Shown piece after piece: positions 48,801-62,416 of a stretch of 64,000 nucleotides of DNA. Positions within the stretch are counted from its first letter, which is position 1. Each line of letters starts with the position of its first letter. This DNA is from Tubulanus polymorphus (lineage: Eukaryota > Animalia > Nemertea), in NCBI RefSeq assembly GCF_964204645.1, contig NC_134025.1:19691101-19755100 (forward strand). Direction: 5' to 3'. The position numbers and the translations under genes were made by a program. Below the pieces are notes generated by a model. That model searched no databases and was not told the DNA's origin. It saw only the letters and a list, made by a program, of their open reading frames with translations.

Positions 48801-51097
48801 AAAGAAACATCGTGGGTTTGAGATTGTAGACCGACAAACAAAAACACTAAAACGTCAAAGTTCGTAAGATGCTGTGACTTTATTCTGCTCAGATGGCAGG
48901 CAGCGACGAAGAAAACCGATTTACTGCAACACAAAAAGAAACTATAAGATACAAAGTAACCAGCAGGTGCTGCTACCTACAAAAGCCTGACGGGCTTAAA
49001 AGAACTCAATTTTACGCTCCAACAAGTCGGCAATGCGACAAAATACACCTTTAAGAGTTACACAGACTACTTAGCATACTTAAGCATATAAGGTTCATAA
49101 CAAGATAGCAAGTTAGACGCTTACCGAAACTTTGAGACCACTAAACTTAACTAATCCTACGGTCTTACATCATACTCAGTAACCAACAAAACAAAAGATG
49201 TGACGACGAACACCGTAGACGGAAGTAGTCAAACCAAAAACATGCTATTTACCGACCAAAACCAATGAAATAGAAAAGGTCGACGTCGGACCTTAACAGA
49301 GATATTTGTACTTTACTAATTGGTTTAGGTGTGTCTGTGTGATCATCATGTGTGGCAAATTTGACAGCTACATGTGTATGGGAAAAGTATTATCAAAGAG
49401 ACTCATCAGAGAGTTTCCTTGCTCCAACAATGCTGCCCTAAAAGGATGTACCAAGTGCGTTATTATTTTCTCTATGTCTGCCTTTTTCATTTGTTGGATA
49501 CCATTACCTTCCTACACATGAAGGAGCTAATCTTTGTGAGCACAATTAGGTCTTTCTCGTATTCTGGCAGGGCACTCGGGGACATTCTCAGCTCTATTAT
49601 ATCTTCACATTCAAAAGCAGTGTGACATGGCACACGATTATTTATTCAGCATGTAGTTTTGGACGCTTTAGTGGCACACGAAAAGTTTTTTAAACAAGTC
49701 ATTTCTTTGTCAGCTGATGACACAGCAGTTGGAATGCCCTGCAGTATATCGCCAATGTCATCATGAATCGAACCATTAGGCCTATCATCATTTGCTGACA
49801 GAATTGTCATTGTCACTCACTTTCTTTTGTTGATTCGGATTAGGCCTAGCGGCCAGTGAGCTGTCCCATTCCTAACATCACTACGGAAGAGGTTTTGGGT
49901 AGAAAGTTCAACTATCCGAATAACCATAAAAGCGTAACCATAAAAGCGATAACAACGAAAACCTCATTTTCTAATGAGTAAGAACAGTTTAGTAACACAA
50001 ACGTTTTCAGGATCATATCCCTCACCAGGTGAAATACAAGTGAATCAAATGATTAAAATTACAGATTTATACTCAACATAAGTTATAGAATTACAAGTGC
50101 TAAATTCTAAGCTAATTACAAACCAAGGTTATTCACTACGGACTGTTGATACAGTATATTGTCCAGTGGCAGTTGATGGTAGGCTATTCAATTCACAGCT
50201 CGCATTTTCGGATTCTCCACTACCAGAATAACCTCTGGATGAGGAAGAAGAGATATCACCAGCAGAATCATCATTGACAAAAACTCCTCCAGAATGGCCA
50301 TCCACTCGCCATTTTGGGAATAGAGTCTTAATTACAGTTCCGGACACTTCAAGGAGTCTGCGATTCATTTTTCTTTTGACAGCGACAGTATTTTGACAAA
50401 CGACATTATTTTGAACTTCAACAGAATTTGTAGATATTTTGTGATGATGCAATTTAATCAGCGTTTGTTTACAACGGTTGCCACGAATTTTAATCACAGT
50501 GCTATGCGCACTGAGGTCTCAATGAATCAGTGATCAGCTCTCATGCAGAGTTCGGCATTCATCGCAACAAGGCTCATTGTGTATACCTCTTTTTTGCCCT
50601 CTGATTGGTTCCATAAGTAAAACCTTAAAATAAAGAGGTATGCAATCGAAACTAATATATTGTCCATTTTTTTGTAACACTGACCAAATCACAATTTACA
50701 TTTTCACTACAACTTTTTACAGCAATTTTGGATTTTTAGCCATGACATTTCATTTTAAATTTGCCACAAATGATGCTCTTATGCTTAAGATATTCATTTA
50801 CTTGTGTCTTTTTCTAAATTGTATAATAGTAAGTATAACTTGATAGTATATGGATTAAACATGAACCGATGGCTAAAATGATACCTTCGTTTCTCAACCC
50901 CTCTAATTGTATCTAAGGCAATACATGTATCAATCTATACCGACGACAATTTTGTTGATCGAGCTTACATATTTTGAGCCTCGGGACCTCTGGTCCTCTA
51001 GTTTTCGAAATTGCAGGAATGCTAACTGCTCCGTTTTGCCTTAAATCTCTGTTATACCTTAAACTTGCATTGTATGTTGACTCTCAACTCTCAACTC

Positions 51098-51444
51098 TAG
51101 CATATTTTGTTACCACAATCAATTGCAAAGTTGTAGATCATAACATGTTCTATAATTGTTGTGAGTTTCAAGGTCATTGGTTTTTTGTATATAGCCACCA
51201 GGGAGTGTTAAATAATACAATTACTTAGTATTTCTATATTATATTTGTACCTACCGGTATGCATATTTTGTTACCGCAATCAATTGCAAAGTTGTAGCTC
51301 ATAACATGATCTATAATTGTGGCGAATTTCAAGGTCATTGGTTTTTATATATGGCCACCAGGGGTGTTGAATGTTGAAATTGTTAGATTGTTAAGCACTT
51401 GAAATCACTCCCAAGTAGGCTTGGTGTCCCTGTACCCCTAGTTT
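51098..51444 (+). mobile_element. 3' fragment of HINE family A
   Basis: Internal repeats followed by the CCCAAGTAGGC, GGTGTCCCTGTACCCC, TAGTTT terminus. Confidence 0.75.
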
Positions 51445-52005
51445 CTGAAGATATCGTTGAAGTGAATTGACCATCTTGGTGAAGACCCAGGGTGCTTAGC
51501 TTAAACCGTAAGGAAGAGCAGAAAACTGATACTGGCAACTTCCACTTGACCAGGAGGTAGTGACACGATTTGGGATGAATCGTCACTTGAAAGTACATGT
51601 CCTTCAAATCGATCGACGAGGCCCATTGACCAGGACAGAGCGTCTGAAGTACCTGCTTCGGCATGGTCACGCGAAACTTAAAAACCCTGAGATGTTTATT
51701 GAGAAGGGACGGAGCTATCACAGTGTGTAGGCCTCTGGAGGCTTTGGGCACTGTAAACAGTCTTGTGTTCTAGCCCAGAGAGGATTTGACTGGCTGGTGT
51801 GCGCCCTTCTGTAGCAACTCCTTGATTTCAGGGGTCATGTGTGCCTCCTGACTTTTCTTGGGTCTCATGTCTGGAGTTCATCTCATCAGGCAAGGTTTCG
51901 TTTCGAATTTAAAGAAAAAACCTTTTGAGAATACCCTAATGGCCCGTCACTAAACATATCAGACCAGCGGTCGGCTGCAGTTTAGGACAACCGCCCAACT
52001 TCAAT
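51445..52005 (-). mobile_element. DIRS-type reverse transcriptase fragment
   Basis: LNKHLRVFKFRVTMPKQVLQTLCPGQWASSIDLKDMYFQVTIHPKSCHYL matches the DIRS RT pattern (SIDLKDAYFHIPIHP). Confidence 0.8.
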
Positions 52006-52009
52006 TTTG

Positions 52010-55000
52010 GGACTTACGAATGGGTTTGGCAGATAACTTTCCCCCTACCCTTCCCCTTAAATGCCCTGCCTCTCCATCGGTTGCTCGCCCAAGTTATTGT
52101 TATGGTTCTTATGGCATTTCTATTGTGGTTGTATATCTGCTGCTGCTTTCAATTTTTCTTAGTCTTTTCTATGGTTTACTCGTGTTCGAGGTTTTCTGGT
52201 TGTGGCAATTGTCACTTGGTCTGGCATATGCATGGTCGTAGAGGATCAGATTCGAGGTTACAGTTACGAACCATAAACCCTGCTCCTCCATGCCATATTG
52301 ATTTAGGGTTATTTGATCTATACCTCGGTATATTTGAACTGGCCTGTCTTCTGAAATATTTTTCCTTACACTAGCATTTACATTAGACCTTGCTTTATCC
52401 TTTCTTACGAGTTTTTTTAGTACTGAAGACTTACAGATAAAAGGCATGTGTTATGAACGTTAATCCCCCATAGTTGACTAATCTATGTCTATTTTTTCTT
52501 ATGCTGATGGGCGCTGTGGAGATATATACAAATATAAAAGATAAAGGATATTGATTAAAGCGTCTTAAAAATGGCCCTTAAAAACTTCATTAACGTGTAA
52601 AAAGTGCTGATTTTGGAGCTGCCAGTCGGCCATCATAAATATATTTGAATTTCTATTTTCAATGGAATGAAATTAGATTAAATAGGACTTTGTAAAAATG
52701 CCAATAGATTTGAGGTATATACTTTTTGCTACACACTACAGAAATTGAAAAAAATTGAAAAATGCGGTGCATTGACTCGCAGAAAATTATGGACTAGGGT
52801 TTAGGGTTAGGATTAGGAAGGGTTAGGCTATTAGTAATAACTAGCGGTCCAGTGACGCTACACCCACGTGAAAAAGGGGTTTATGCTGAACGATATGACG
52901 ATTTCAATATTCAGCGCCCCCTGGTGAACATATACAGGAACCATTGAAAGTCACTGCACTCATACAGGAGCTACTATTATGCAATTGATTGTGGTTACAA
53001 AATATGCCATGGTTATTCAGTTAATTGAGCGTTCCCTGGTGGCCATATACAAAAACCAATGGCCTTAAAACTCACCGGTAGGTTGCTCGTTTCACTTTTA
53101 TTCAGAGGTTTTTTCTGGTGTGCAAAAAGTTCAAACTAATTCACTGGATTCTTAACTTTGCTGTGATTTTTTTTGGATCTAGGAGGCCAGAAACAAAGTC
53201 ACAATTTTAGTGAATCTTAAGATGACCAAGTTCAATCGACCTACTGCAAGGCACGCAATCTGGTGGCAATATATTCATCTGTGAATAATTTGTTTTTAAA
53301 CTACGCGTGGATGGTTAGGTTTTTCTCCACCCCTCCCCCCATTCGCTGTATATAGACCTAATGTGAAAAAACTCTAATTCATTGAGTTGAAACATGATCT
53401 GATCACGGTAACTCTCACCCGGCGGTCTTAAGGGACTAAAGTGTTTTTCTGCTATTAATAAACTGTTCTTTTTTATCTGTTTTTATTTCTACCTGAGACT
53501 GACAAACAAACTGTGTCACCAGATCTGATAAGAGACCATAATTCAAAATACCGATCATGGAACCAGACCCTGACAGTTTTAGTCAAAGATTTATAACAAT
53601 CGGGTTGGTGGGTCTATTTTGGTCCTCAGAATCTTGAAAGGCAATGTATTTCTTTTGCTTCAAAACTTAAGACCGGTTTATATTTGTTAGATCACATTTG
53701 GACTCAAGTCACATCTGTATAAGATGAAATTTAATCTGATGGTTAAAATCTATAATTACCTAGATTCTCAGCAGGTCTGTCGCTGGCTTGTGTAACTGCG
53801 TTGATACTTATGTTCGTCGTATTACTGACACCGCTTACACTCAATTTAGAAGTGTCTACATTTATTACTGGTTTACTCTCTGCCATAGTACCCTGTACTG
53901 AAAAACAGAATTCAGAATTCTGTCATTTCATATCAATAAGTGCAGCACATTTTTCCTGACCTAATTGTTTTGTTCAGTTTTTACATAGTTAGTCTCTATT
54001 CATTTTCAGACGCAGTGTTCTCCATTGTAAAAAAATTCGTAGGGGGGGTACGTACGAGCGCGGGGCCTTCCCCCAGAAAAATGTTCTTGGACTTACGAAT
54101 GGGTTTGGCAGATAACTTTCCCCCTACCCTTCCCCTTAAATGCCCTGCCTCTCCATCGGTTGCTCGCCCAAGTTATTGTTATGGTTCTTATGGCATTTCT
54201 ATTGTGGTTGTATATCTGCTGCTGCTTTCAATTTTTCTTAGTCTTTTCTATGGTTTACTCGTGTTCGAGGTTTTCTGGTTGTGGCAATTGTCACTTGGTC
54301 TGGCATATGCATGGTCGTAGAGGATCAGATTCGAGGTTACAGTTACGAACCATAAACCCTGCTCCTCCATGCCATATTGATTTAGGGTTATTTGATCTAT
54401 ACCTCGGTATATTTGAACTGGCCTGTCTTCTGAAATATTTTTCCTTACACTAGCATTTACATTAGACCTTGCTTTATCCTTTCTTACGAGTTTTTTTAGT
54501 ACTGAAGACTTACAGATAAAAGGCATGTGTTATGAACGTTAATCCCCCATAGTTGACTAATCTATGTCTATTTTTTCTTATGCTGATGGGCGCTGTGGAG
54601 ATATATACAAATATAAAAGATAAAGGATATTGATTAAAGCGTCTTAAAAATGGCCCTTAAAAACTTCATTAACGTGTAAAAAGTGCTGATTTTGGAGCTG
54701 CCAGTCGGCCATCATAAATATATTTGAATTTCTATTTTCAATGGAATGAAATTAGATTAAATAGGACTTTGTAAAAATGCCAATAGATTTGAGGTATATA
54801 CTTTTTGCTACACACTACAGAAATTGAAAAAAATTGAAAAATGCGGTGCATTGACTCGCAGAAAATTATGGACTAGGGTTTAGGGTTAGGATTAGGAAGG
54901 GTTAGGCTATTAGTAATAACTAGCGGTCCAGTGACGCTACACCCACGTGAAAAAGGGGTTTATGCTGAACGATATGACGATTTCAATATTCAGCGCCCCC

Positions 55001-58000
55001 TGGTGAACATATACAGGAACCATTGAAAGTCACTGCACTCATACAGGAGCTACTATTATGCAATTGATTGTGGTTACAAAATATGCCATGGTTATTCAGT
55101 TAATTGAGCGTTCCCTGGTGGCCATATACAAAAACCAATGGCCTTAAAACTCACCGGTAGGTTGCTCGTTTCACTTTTATTCAGAGGTTTTTTCTGGTGT
55201 GCAAAAAGTTCAAACTAATTCACTGGATTCTTAACTTTGCTGTGATTTTTTTTGGATCTAGGAGGCCAGAAACAAAGTCACAATTTTAGTGAATCTTAAG
55301 ATGACCAAGTTCAATCGACCTACTGCAAGGCACGCAATCTGGTGGCAATATATTCATCTGTGAATAATTTGTTTTTAAACTACGCGTGGATGGTTAGGTT
55401 TTTCTCCACCCCTCCCCCCATTCGCTGTATATAGACCTAATGTGAAAAAACTCTAATTCATTGAGTTGAAACATGATCTGATCACGGTAACTCTCACCCG
55501 GCGGTCTTAAGGGACTAAAGTGTTTTTCTGCTATTAATAAACTGTTCTTTTTTATCTGTTTTTATTTCTACCTGAGACTGACAAACAAACTGTGTCACCA
55601 GATCTGATAAGAGACCATAATTCAAAATACCGATCATGGAACCAGACCCTGACAGTTTTAGTCAAAGATTTATAACAATCGGGTTGGTGGGTCTATTTTG
55701 GTCCTCAGAATCTTGAAAGGCAATGTATTTCTTTTGCTTCAAAACTTAAGACCGGTTTATATTTGTTAGATCACATTTGGACTCAAGTCACATCTGTATA
55801 AGATGAAATTTAATCTGATGGTTAAAATCTATAATTACCTAGATTCTCAGCAGGTCTGTCGCTGGCTTGTGTAACTGCGTTGATACTTATGTTCGTCGTA
55901 TTACTGACACCGCTTACACTCAATTTAGAAGTGTCTACATTTATTACTGGTTTACTCTCTGCCATAGTACCCTGTACTGAAAAACAGAATTCAGAATTCT
56001 GTCATTTCATATCAATAAGTGCAGCACATTTTTCCTGACCTAATTGTTTTGTTCAGTTTTTACATAGTTAGTCTCTATTCATTTTCAGACGCAGTGTTCT
56101 CCATTGTAAAAAAATTCGTAGGGGGGGTACGTACGAGCGCGGGGCCTTCCCCCAGAAAAATGTTCTTGGACTTACGAATGGGTTTGGCAGATAACTTTCC
56201 CCCTACCCTTCCCCTTAAATGCCCTGCCTCTCCATCGGTTGCTCGCCCAAGTTATTGTTATGGTTCTTATGGCATTTCTATTGTGGTTGTATATCTGCTG
56301 CTGCTTTCAATTTTTCTTAGTCTTTTCTATGGTTTACTCGTGTTCGAGGTTTTCTGGTTGTGGCAATTGTCACTTGGTCTGGCATATGCATGGTCGTAGA
56401 GGATCAGATTCGAGGTTACAGTTACGAACCATAAACCCTGCTCCTCCATGCCATATTGATTTAGGGTTATTTGATCTATACCTCGGTATATTTGAACTGG
56501 CCTGTCTTCTGAAATATTTTTCCTTACACTAGCATTTACATTAGACCTTGCTTTATCCTTTCTTACGAGTTTTTTTAGTACTGAAGACTTACAGATAAAA
56601 GGCATGTGTTATGAACGTTAATCCCCCATAGTTGACTAATCTATGTCTATTTTTTCTTATGCTGATGGGCGCTGTGGAGATATATACAAATATAAAAGAT
56701 AAAGGATATTGATTAAAGCGTCTTAAAAATGGCCCTTAAAAACTTCATTAACGTGTAAAAAGTGCTGATTTTGGAGCTGCCAGTCGGCCATCATAAATAT
56801 ATTTGAATTTCTATTTTCAATGGAATGAAATTAGATTAAATAGGACTTTGTAAAAATGCCAATAGATTTGAGGTATATACTTTTTGCTACACACTACAGA
56901 AATTGAAAAAAATTGAAAAATGCGGTGCATTGACTCGCAGAAAATTATGGACTAGGGTTTAGGGTTAGGATTAGGAAGGGTTAGGCTATTAGTAATAACT
57001 AGCGGTCCAGTGACGCTACACCCACGTGAAAAAGGGGTTTATGCTGAACGATATGACGATTTCAATATTCAGCGCCCCCTGGTGAACATATACAGGAACC
57101 ATTGAAAGTCACTGCACTCATACAGGAGCTACTATTATGCAATTGATTGTGGTTACAAAATATGCCATGGTTATTCAGTTAATTGAGCGTTCCCTGGTGG
57201 CCATATACAAAAACCAATGGCCTTAAAACTCACCGGTAGGTTGCTCGTTTCACTTTTATTCAGAGGTTTTTTCTGGTGTGCAAAAAGTTCAAACTAATTC
57301 ACTGGATTCTTAACTTTGCTGTGATTTTTTTTGGATCTAGGAGGCCAGAAACAAAGTCACAATTTTAGTGAATCTTAAGATGACCAAGTTCAATCGACCT
57401 ACTGCAAGGCACGCCATCTGGTGGCAATATATTCATCTGTGAATAATTTGTTTTTAAACTACGTGTGGATGGTTAGGTTTTCCTCCACCCCTCCCCCCAT
57501 TCGCTGTATATAGACCTAATGTGAAAAAACTCTAATTCATTGAGTTGAAACATGATCTGATCACGGTAACTCTCACCCGGCGGTCTTAAGGGACTAAAGT
57601 GTTTTTCTGCTATTAATAAACTGTTCTTTTTTATCTGTTTTTATTTCTACCTGAGACTGACAAACAAACTGTGTCACCAGATCTGATAAGAGACCATAAT
57701 TCAAAATACCGATCATGGAACCAGACCCTGACAGTTTTAGTCAAAGATTTATAACAATCGGGTTGGTGGGTCTATTTTGGTCCTCAGAATCTTGAAAGGC
57801 AATGTATTTCTTTTGCTTCAAAACTTAAGACCGGTTTATATTTGTTAGATCACATTTGGACTCAAGTCACATCTGTATAAGATGAAATTTAATCTGATGG
57901 TTAAAATCTATAATTACCTAGATTCTCAGCAGGTCTGTCGCTGGCTTGTGTAACTGCGTTGATACTTATGTTCGTCGTATTACTGACACCGCTTACACTC

Positions 58001-58245
58001 AATTTAGAAGTGTCTACATTTATTACTGGTTTACTCTCTGCCATAGTACCCTGTACTGAAAAACAGAATTCAGAATTCTGTCATTTCATATCAATAAGTG
58101 CAGCACATTTTTCCTGACCTAATTGTTTTGTCCAGTTTTTACATAGTTAGTCTCTATTCATTTTCAGACGCAGTGTTCTCCATTGTAAAAAAATTCGTAG
58201 GGGGGGTACGTACGAGCGCGGGGCCTTCCCCCAGAAAAATGTTCT
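52010..58245. repeat. Three tandem copies of a 2079-bp unit
   Basis: GGACTTACGAATGGG at 52010, 54089 and 56168. Identical ORFs recur at 2079-bp offsets, and copy 3 has a few substitutions. Confidence 0.97.
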
Positions 58246-59112
58246 ACTCTTCAATTCATATAACTAGATTTGTCAATAAAGCTCAGTAAGCCTTTATTTA
58301 TTTCCATTTGGTAACCTAATGTTTGAAAAAAATTTTGGTAATCATCATAAAAGTTTTTCTACGGACATTGAGACTTGAAAAATTGAGGCCACTGTTTTGT
58401 TAAATCAGCGGCTGAATGTAGCAGTGTTTAACTGTCATGACCTTCGTTGCATTGATTTTTAGGCTAGCCGTAGGCTGAGCCTATTACTATACAAATGTAG
58501 CGAATTTAAATGACATGGTTTCCAGAGCAAAGGCTCTTTGAATGTGCAACTGGGCATATATTCATACAGATCATTCATTAAAGCATTATCCATTCTTTAA
58601 ACTCTTCTCTAACTGAGCTGCATATTTTAACAACTTAGTAAAATAATAGAAATATGCTTACCTGAAGAAATAAATGAATTTTCATGAGGAATGAAACACA
58701 AGCTAAATTTAAAACCTTGGCGTAGGCCATACAGACAGGTTAGCAGGTTAACCTATTTTAAAGAAAAGAAGAAAAACTGGGAATGTTAATGGGAGGGATA
58801 GGTGTTGTCTTAATCGCCTTACAATTTTCCACTTTGTTTGCTGGGAGGGCTTGGTCGTAGGGCACTGGTTGGTACCCCTCACTGATTATTTGGCTGGAAT
58901 AATGATGGAATTGCACCAGTTTCTCTGGTTGTGTTGGCAACCAAATTTGCTATTAGTGTTTCAAAAATTGCGAGGTTGCGGTTGGGCATTGCTGGGTTGC
59001 TCAGGCCTGCATCCATAGTTCCCAGCACGGAGACCCCCAAGGTAGTTTTTGACAGCGAGGAAGTCCTCAGCGCTCTAAAATTCTGGTCATGAAAAAGCCA
59101 GTCCCCCTTCCT

Positions 59113-59250
59113 TTGTGTTCACTGTGGCTCTAGCAGTCAGTACTCTAGGCATGATATAATATGGCAAGTGAACACTGTGGTGCTAGCAGACGGTACTCTG
59201 GAATGATTTAATATGGCAAGTGAACACTATGGAGCTAGCATTCAGTACTT
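59113..59250. repeat. Short diverged 52-bp tandem repeat (~2.5 copies)
   Basis: ATGGCAAGTGAACACT at 59161 and 59213. Confidence 0.6.
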
Positions 59251-59399
59251 AACTTTCCCACACATTCAGTTAGATTTCCTGTCCGTGAATTTATGAATCT
59301 TACATTCATGATGCAGCTCTTTTCACCTGGGCACAAGATAAGTGCTTGATTTTAAGTTAGGCAGGTGATATCTTGCCAATGCGCCATTATTCCTGTTTT

Positions 59400-59725
59400 G
59401 CCAATGTTACGTTCTGATTGGCTAATTAATGCCGCGCATGCGCACTGAGGTGCGTGACTTAGAAAATTCAAGGAAAGTGTGGAGAACAGAGTTGGAGAAA
59501 ATAGGAGCATAGAGCGGGATTTGTACCCGGACCAGCAGATTGCTAGCCTAACGTCTTTCCACTAGACCACCGAGCTCACTTAAATTCACCCGTAAGTTTT
59601 CACTACATATAGCCTTAACCTAATCCTATCCCTAGGGGTAAAAACGGACCCTAAACCTCACCCTAACCCCTTCCCTAACCCTCTGGACCCTCTAGACCCT
59701 AACCCTATCGAAACCCTAACTCCAA
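59400..59725 (-). mobile_element. Second, diverged copy of the telomere-like-repeat plus tRNA-like module
   Basis: Reverse-complement homology to 32040-32110 and 32860-33065, including CCCTAA-like repeats, CCACTAGACCACCG, GACTTAGAAAATTCAAGG and TGCGCATGCGC-like sequence. Confidence 0.75.
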
Positions 59726-61094
59726 ACCCAATACAATGATTTATTGTCATATTTTATTACTATATCTTAATATATATAGCCATTGGCAGTTAAAAAGCTG
59801 AAAAGCTGAAATTTTTGGATGTTCCTGAAAATTGATGGCTGTCCCAAAAATGGGGATCTCTGTCCCTCAAAGCTATTTTCAGGGGTTAGCAGCTCTGAAA
59901 AGGCAATGAGAAGAAAAATATGGTGATTTAACGATGATACAGTGCCCACCCTACTGCTATCCCCAAGTAATTCTTAACTACAGTGATGCTGTGGCATGCA
60001 TCCATAGCCAATGATGGTAGTGTATCTGCATCCTCCAGATCAGCCTGGTCAAATGTCACGAATCCAGCTTTTTCACAGTGAGTATCTTTCTGGTCTATGG
60101 GGACCACTGCCTCGCATTTTCCTCTCATTATGGCTGCTTTGGGAAAATTTTGGTTCAAGAGCATTTCCTATCGACTGCACGTACATGGACCTTTTTCAGA
60201 TCTGTAAAGGGAGATGCTGGTCAAGAACTGATTTTCCTAATTATGAATTCTATGAAAATAGGTAGGATTACTGATTGTTATCTTGGAATGCTCTGGAAGA
60301 ATTTGCAGAACAATTTAGGTTGACTGTTGCATGGTTATCAATCAAAATTTTGGGTGTGGTCTAATTTTGTAAAAAATGTTTTTACCCCTAGATGCCAATC
60401 ATTCCTCATGATATGCTCAAATATGATAAATGTTTCTAAAATGATCTAAATATACTACTTAGATATATTTCAATGAGTGGGGTTTGTGAAATTGAAAAAA
60501 GTGGAATATTTGACGACTTAATACTTTTCAAGAACGACTTTTTTACTTTATGACTCGCCAAACTTCTTCCAAAAGTGGCACATTTGGAATTTTTTAACCT
60601 TCAATCAGTGGGGTAGCCGGCACGAAACATGACTACTAATACGATCAGTAGTGTCTCCCACGCCTCTGAGAGACATATTGCACATGCTGATGAATGTACT
60701 ATGCGGTCAGATTTTGGCACTAGTGATATGCAAACGAATTCTAGTAACTCTAGCCGGAAATAAACTTTAGCACCTGAAGACTCAACTTAAGAAGCTGTAG
60801 ACTACAGGCTTCCTCAAAGAATAGATAGATGGCAGCACCCATTATACTGAAACTGGTATAATATTCTCACTCCCTGTTGTGCGGACATACATAGATATGG
60901 GAAAAACCGGGGCCGCCCAAGGGATGGCACCGAATCACTCGGAAAAGGCATTGCAAAAAACCCCAAAACAAACATCCCAAAACCCATACCAAAACCTAAA
61001 AAGATGTGGACTCAAGGCGGTTCTCCTCAATGTAGTTTATTAAGGCTCATTAACGCAACCACATACATTTCCTTCTTTTGAATACAATACGAAT

Positions 61095-62296
61095 TTACTT
61101 GAATAAGGGTTTGAAGCCCACAGCATTATAAGCACTACCATAATCATGAAACCTTGCCGAATCTTCACCTGATAAAGCTGATTTTAAGATCCCCGCAGAA
61201 GAGGAGACAGACAAAACTTTATCGACCGCCGAGTAGTATCTTGCCATCGACGAGCTCATCCAACCAATATGTTCGGAGACACCCGCTGGAGAACACCCAG
61301 AAATAGCGAGGATAACAGATGTTCCCGCTCGAAAACTGTGAACGGTTTCACCCATATCGACATTCAAAAAGGATAGGTTATATTTTAATCTGCCGTTAAT
61401 GCTAGAGTCCACAAATGGCTTGTTTACAATTTGGTTTCTAGAGTTTGGGACCCGAAACAAATATCCCGAGGACAAGTCTACACTCAAACTCCTACATGTA
61501 TCAAAGTAAGCTTCTAAACCCCGAACCGGACAGAGAACCTCATCCTCTAATTTCATCAAAACTACAGTTCTTCTGGCGCCTCTAAGTGTTTTACCAAAGG
61601 ATAAGTTTAAAAATATCCTATCAGCCAGCCCGTTGATTAGGATTTCATTTGACTGCATATTCCCCAGATCGGAACCCCTATCAGCCGACCAGATAAGGCA
61701 CTTAAAAAAGGCGCTGTCCCTTGCAAAAATGTACTTCCTCAGGGGATTGACCGGCCCCTGCCGCATCCTGTCAATCCCATAGATCAAAACAGTAAATTTC
61801 GAAGGCAAGATAGGGGTAGCTTGATTTTGGACCAGCCCTGCCAGGGACTGCTCCCTTTTGATCGCCCTAAGAAAATTCGAAACATACGAGGAAGCGGCTG
61901 GATTCCCTAAACCAGTGAAAGTTGCCAACTACCAACCCTACCAATCTCCTTGAAAAAGGCTCTAAGTTGGCCCAAATATGAATCGACCGTAGCCGCTACG
62001 AGGCGTCGGGGACACAAACAACCATCACCGCCGCTCCTTACTGAGCGGAATGAACATCCCCGGGAGTGCACCACTGTTCTACCCGCCTTATCCTGACTTA
62101 CAAGAAAAGCGCAAATATCCTGCGGTGATGCATCGAATAAGGATCTTCCAACCCTAAACGAAGCCAGAAAATCAGAAAACCCCTGCACGAGACTAGACTT
62201 TTGCTTCCCACACTTCGTGGATACCACAGCATGCTCAACCTGTTCCAGACGATCCTCTATATCGTTAGAAAAAATTCCAATGCCGCTCTGTAACAA
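61095..62296 (-). pseudogene. ALOG-domain tyrosine recombinase of a DIRS1-type retroposon (one frameshift near 61920)
   Basis: The catalytic set DRGSD, HSFR, HIGW and ARYY is present. The N-terminal FLVSQDKAGRTVVHSRGC...CLCPRRLVAATVDSYLGQLRAFF...GNPAAS matches the ALOG pattern. Confidence 0.88.
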
Positions 62297-62416
62297 AGGA
62301 AAATAACATCCTCAAATAACTGAAAGACTGACGGAAGTAAAGAAAACGGATGAATCATCACAGAAAAATTATATTTGTCTTCAAAAATTTAAACATTGTT
62401 TGAAAATTAACATTCT

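Noticed and set aside
50129-50497. 122-aa minus-strand ORF as a gene
   Set aside because: It has a non-ATG start, a low-complexity Ser-rich tail and no assignable motif. It may be a TE remnant, but I cannot support that.
52020-56605. Repeated 73-126-aa hydrophobic ORFs as a gene family
   Set aside because: They overlap on both strands, have no recognisable motifs, and recur only because of the 2079-bp triplication.
32051-59720. TTAGGG-like tracts (32051, 52795 and its repeats, 59650) as true telomere or chromosome-fusion sites
   Set aside because: They are short, degenerate and embedded in dispersed repeats.
58758-60330. Short minus-strand ORFs (58758-58940 and 59928-60164) as host exons
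   Set aside because: No recognisable domain, and I could not build a phase-consistent splice chain. This is unresolved rather than disproved.
60605-60740. Hammerhead-like pieces (GAAAC...GTC and CTGATGA) near the DIRS 3' end
   Set aside because: The core elements cannot be arranged with valid stems I-III in any permutation I could find.
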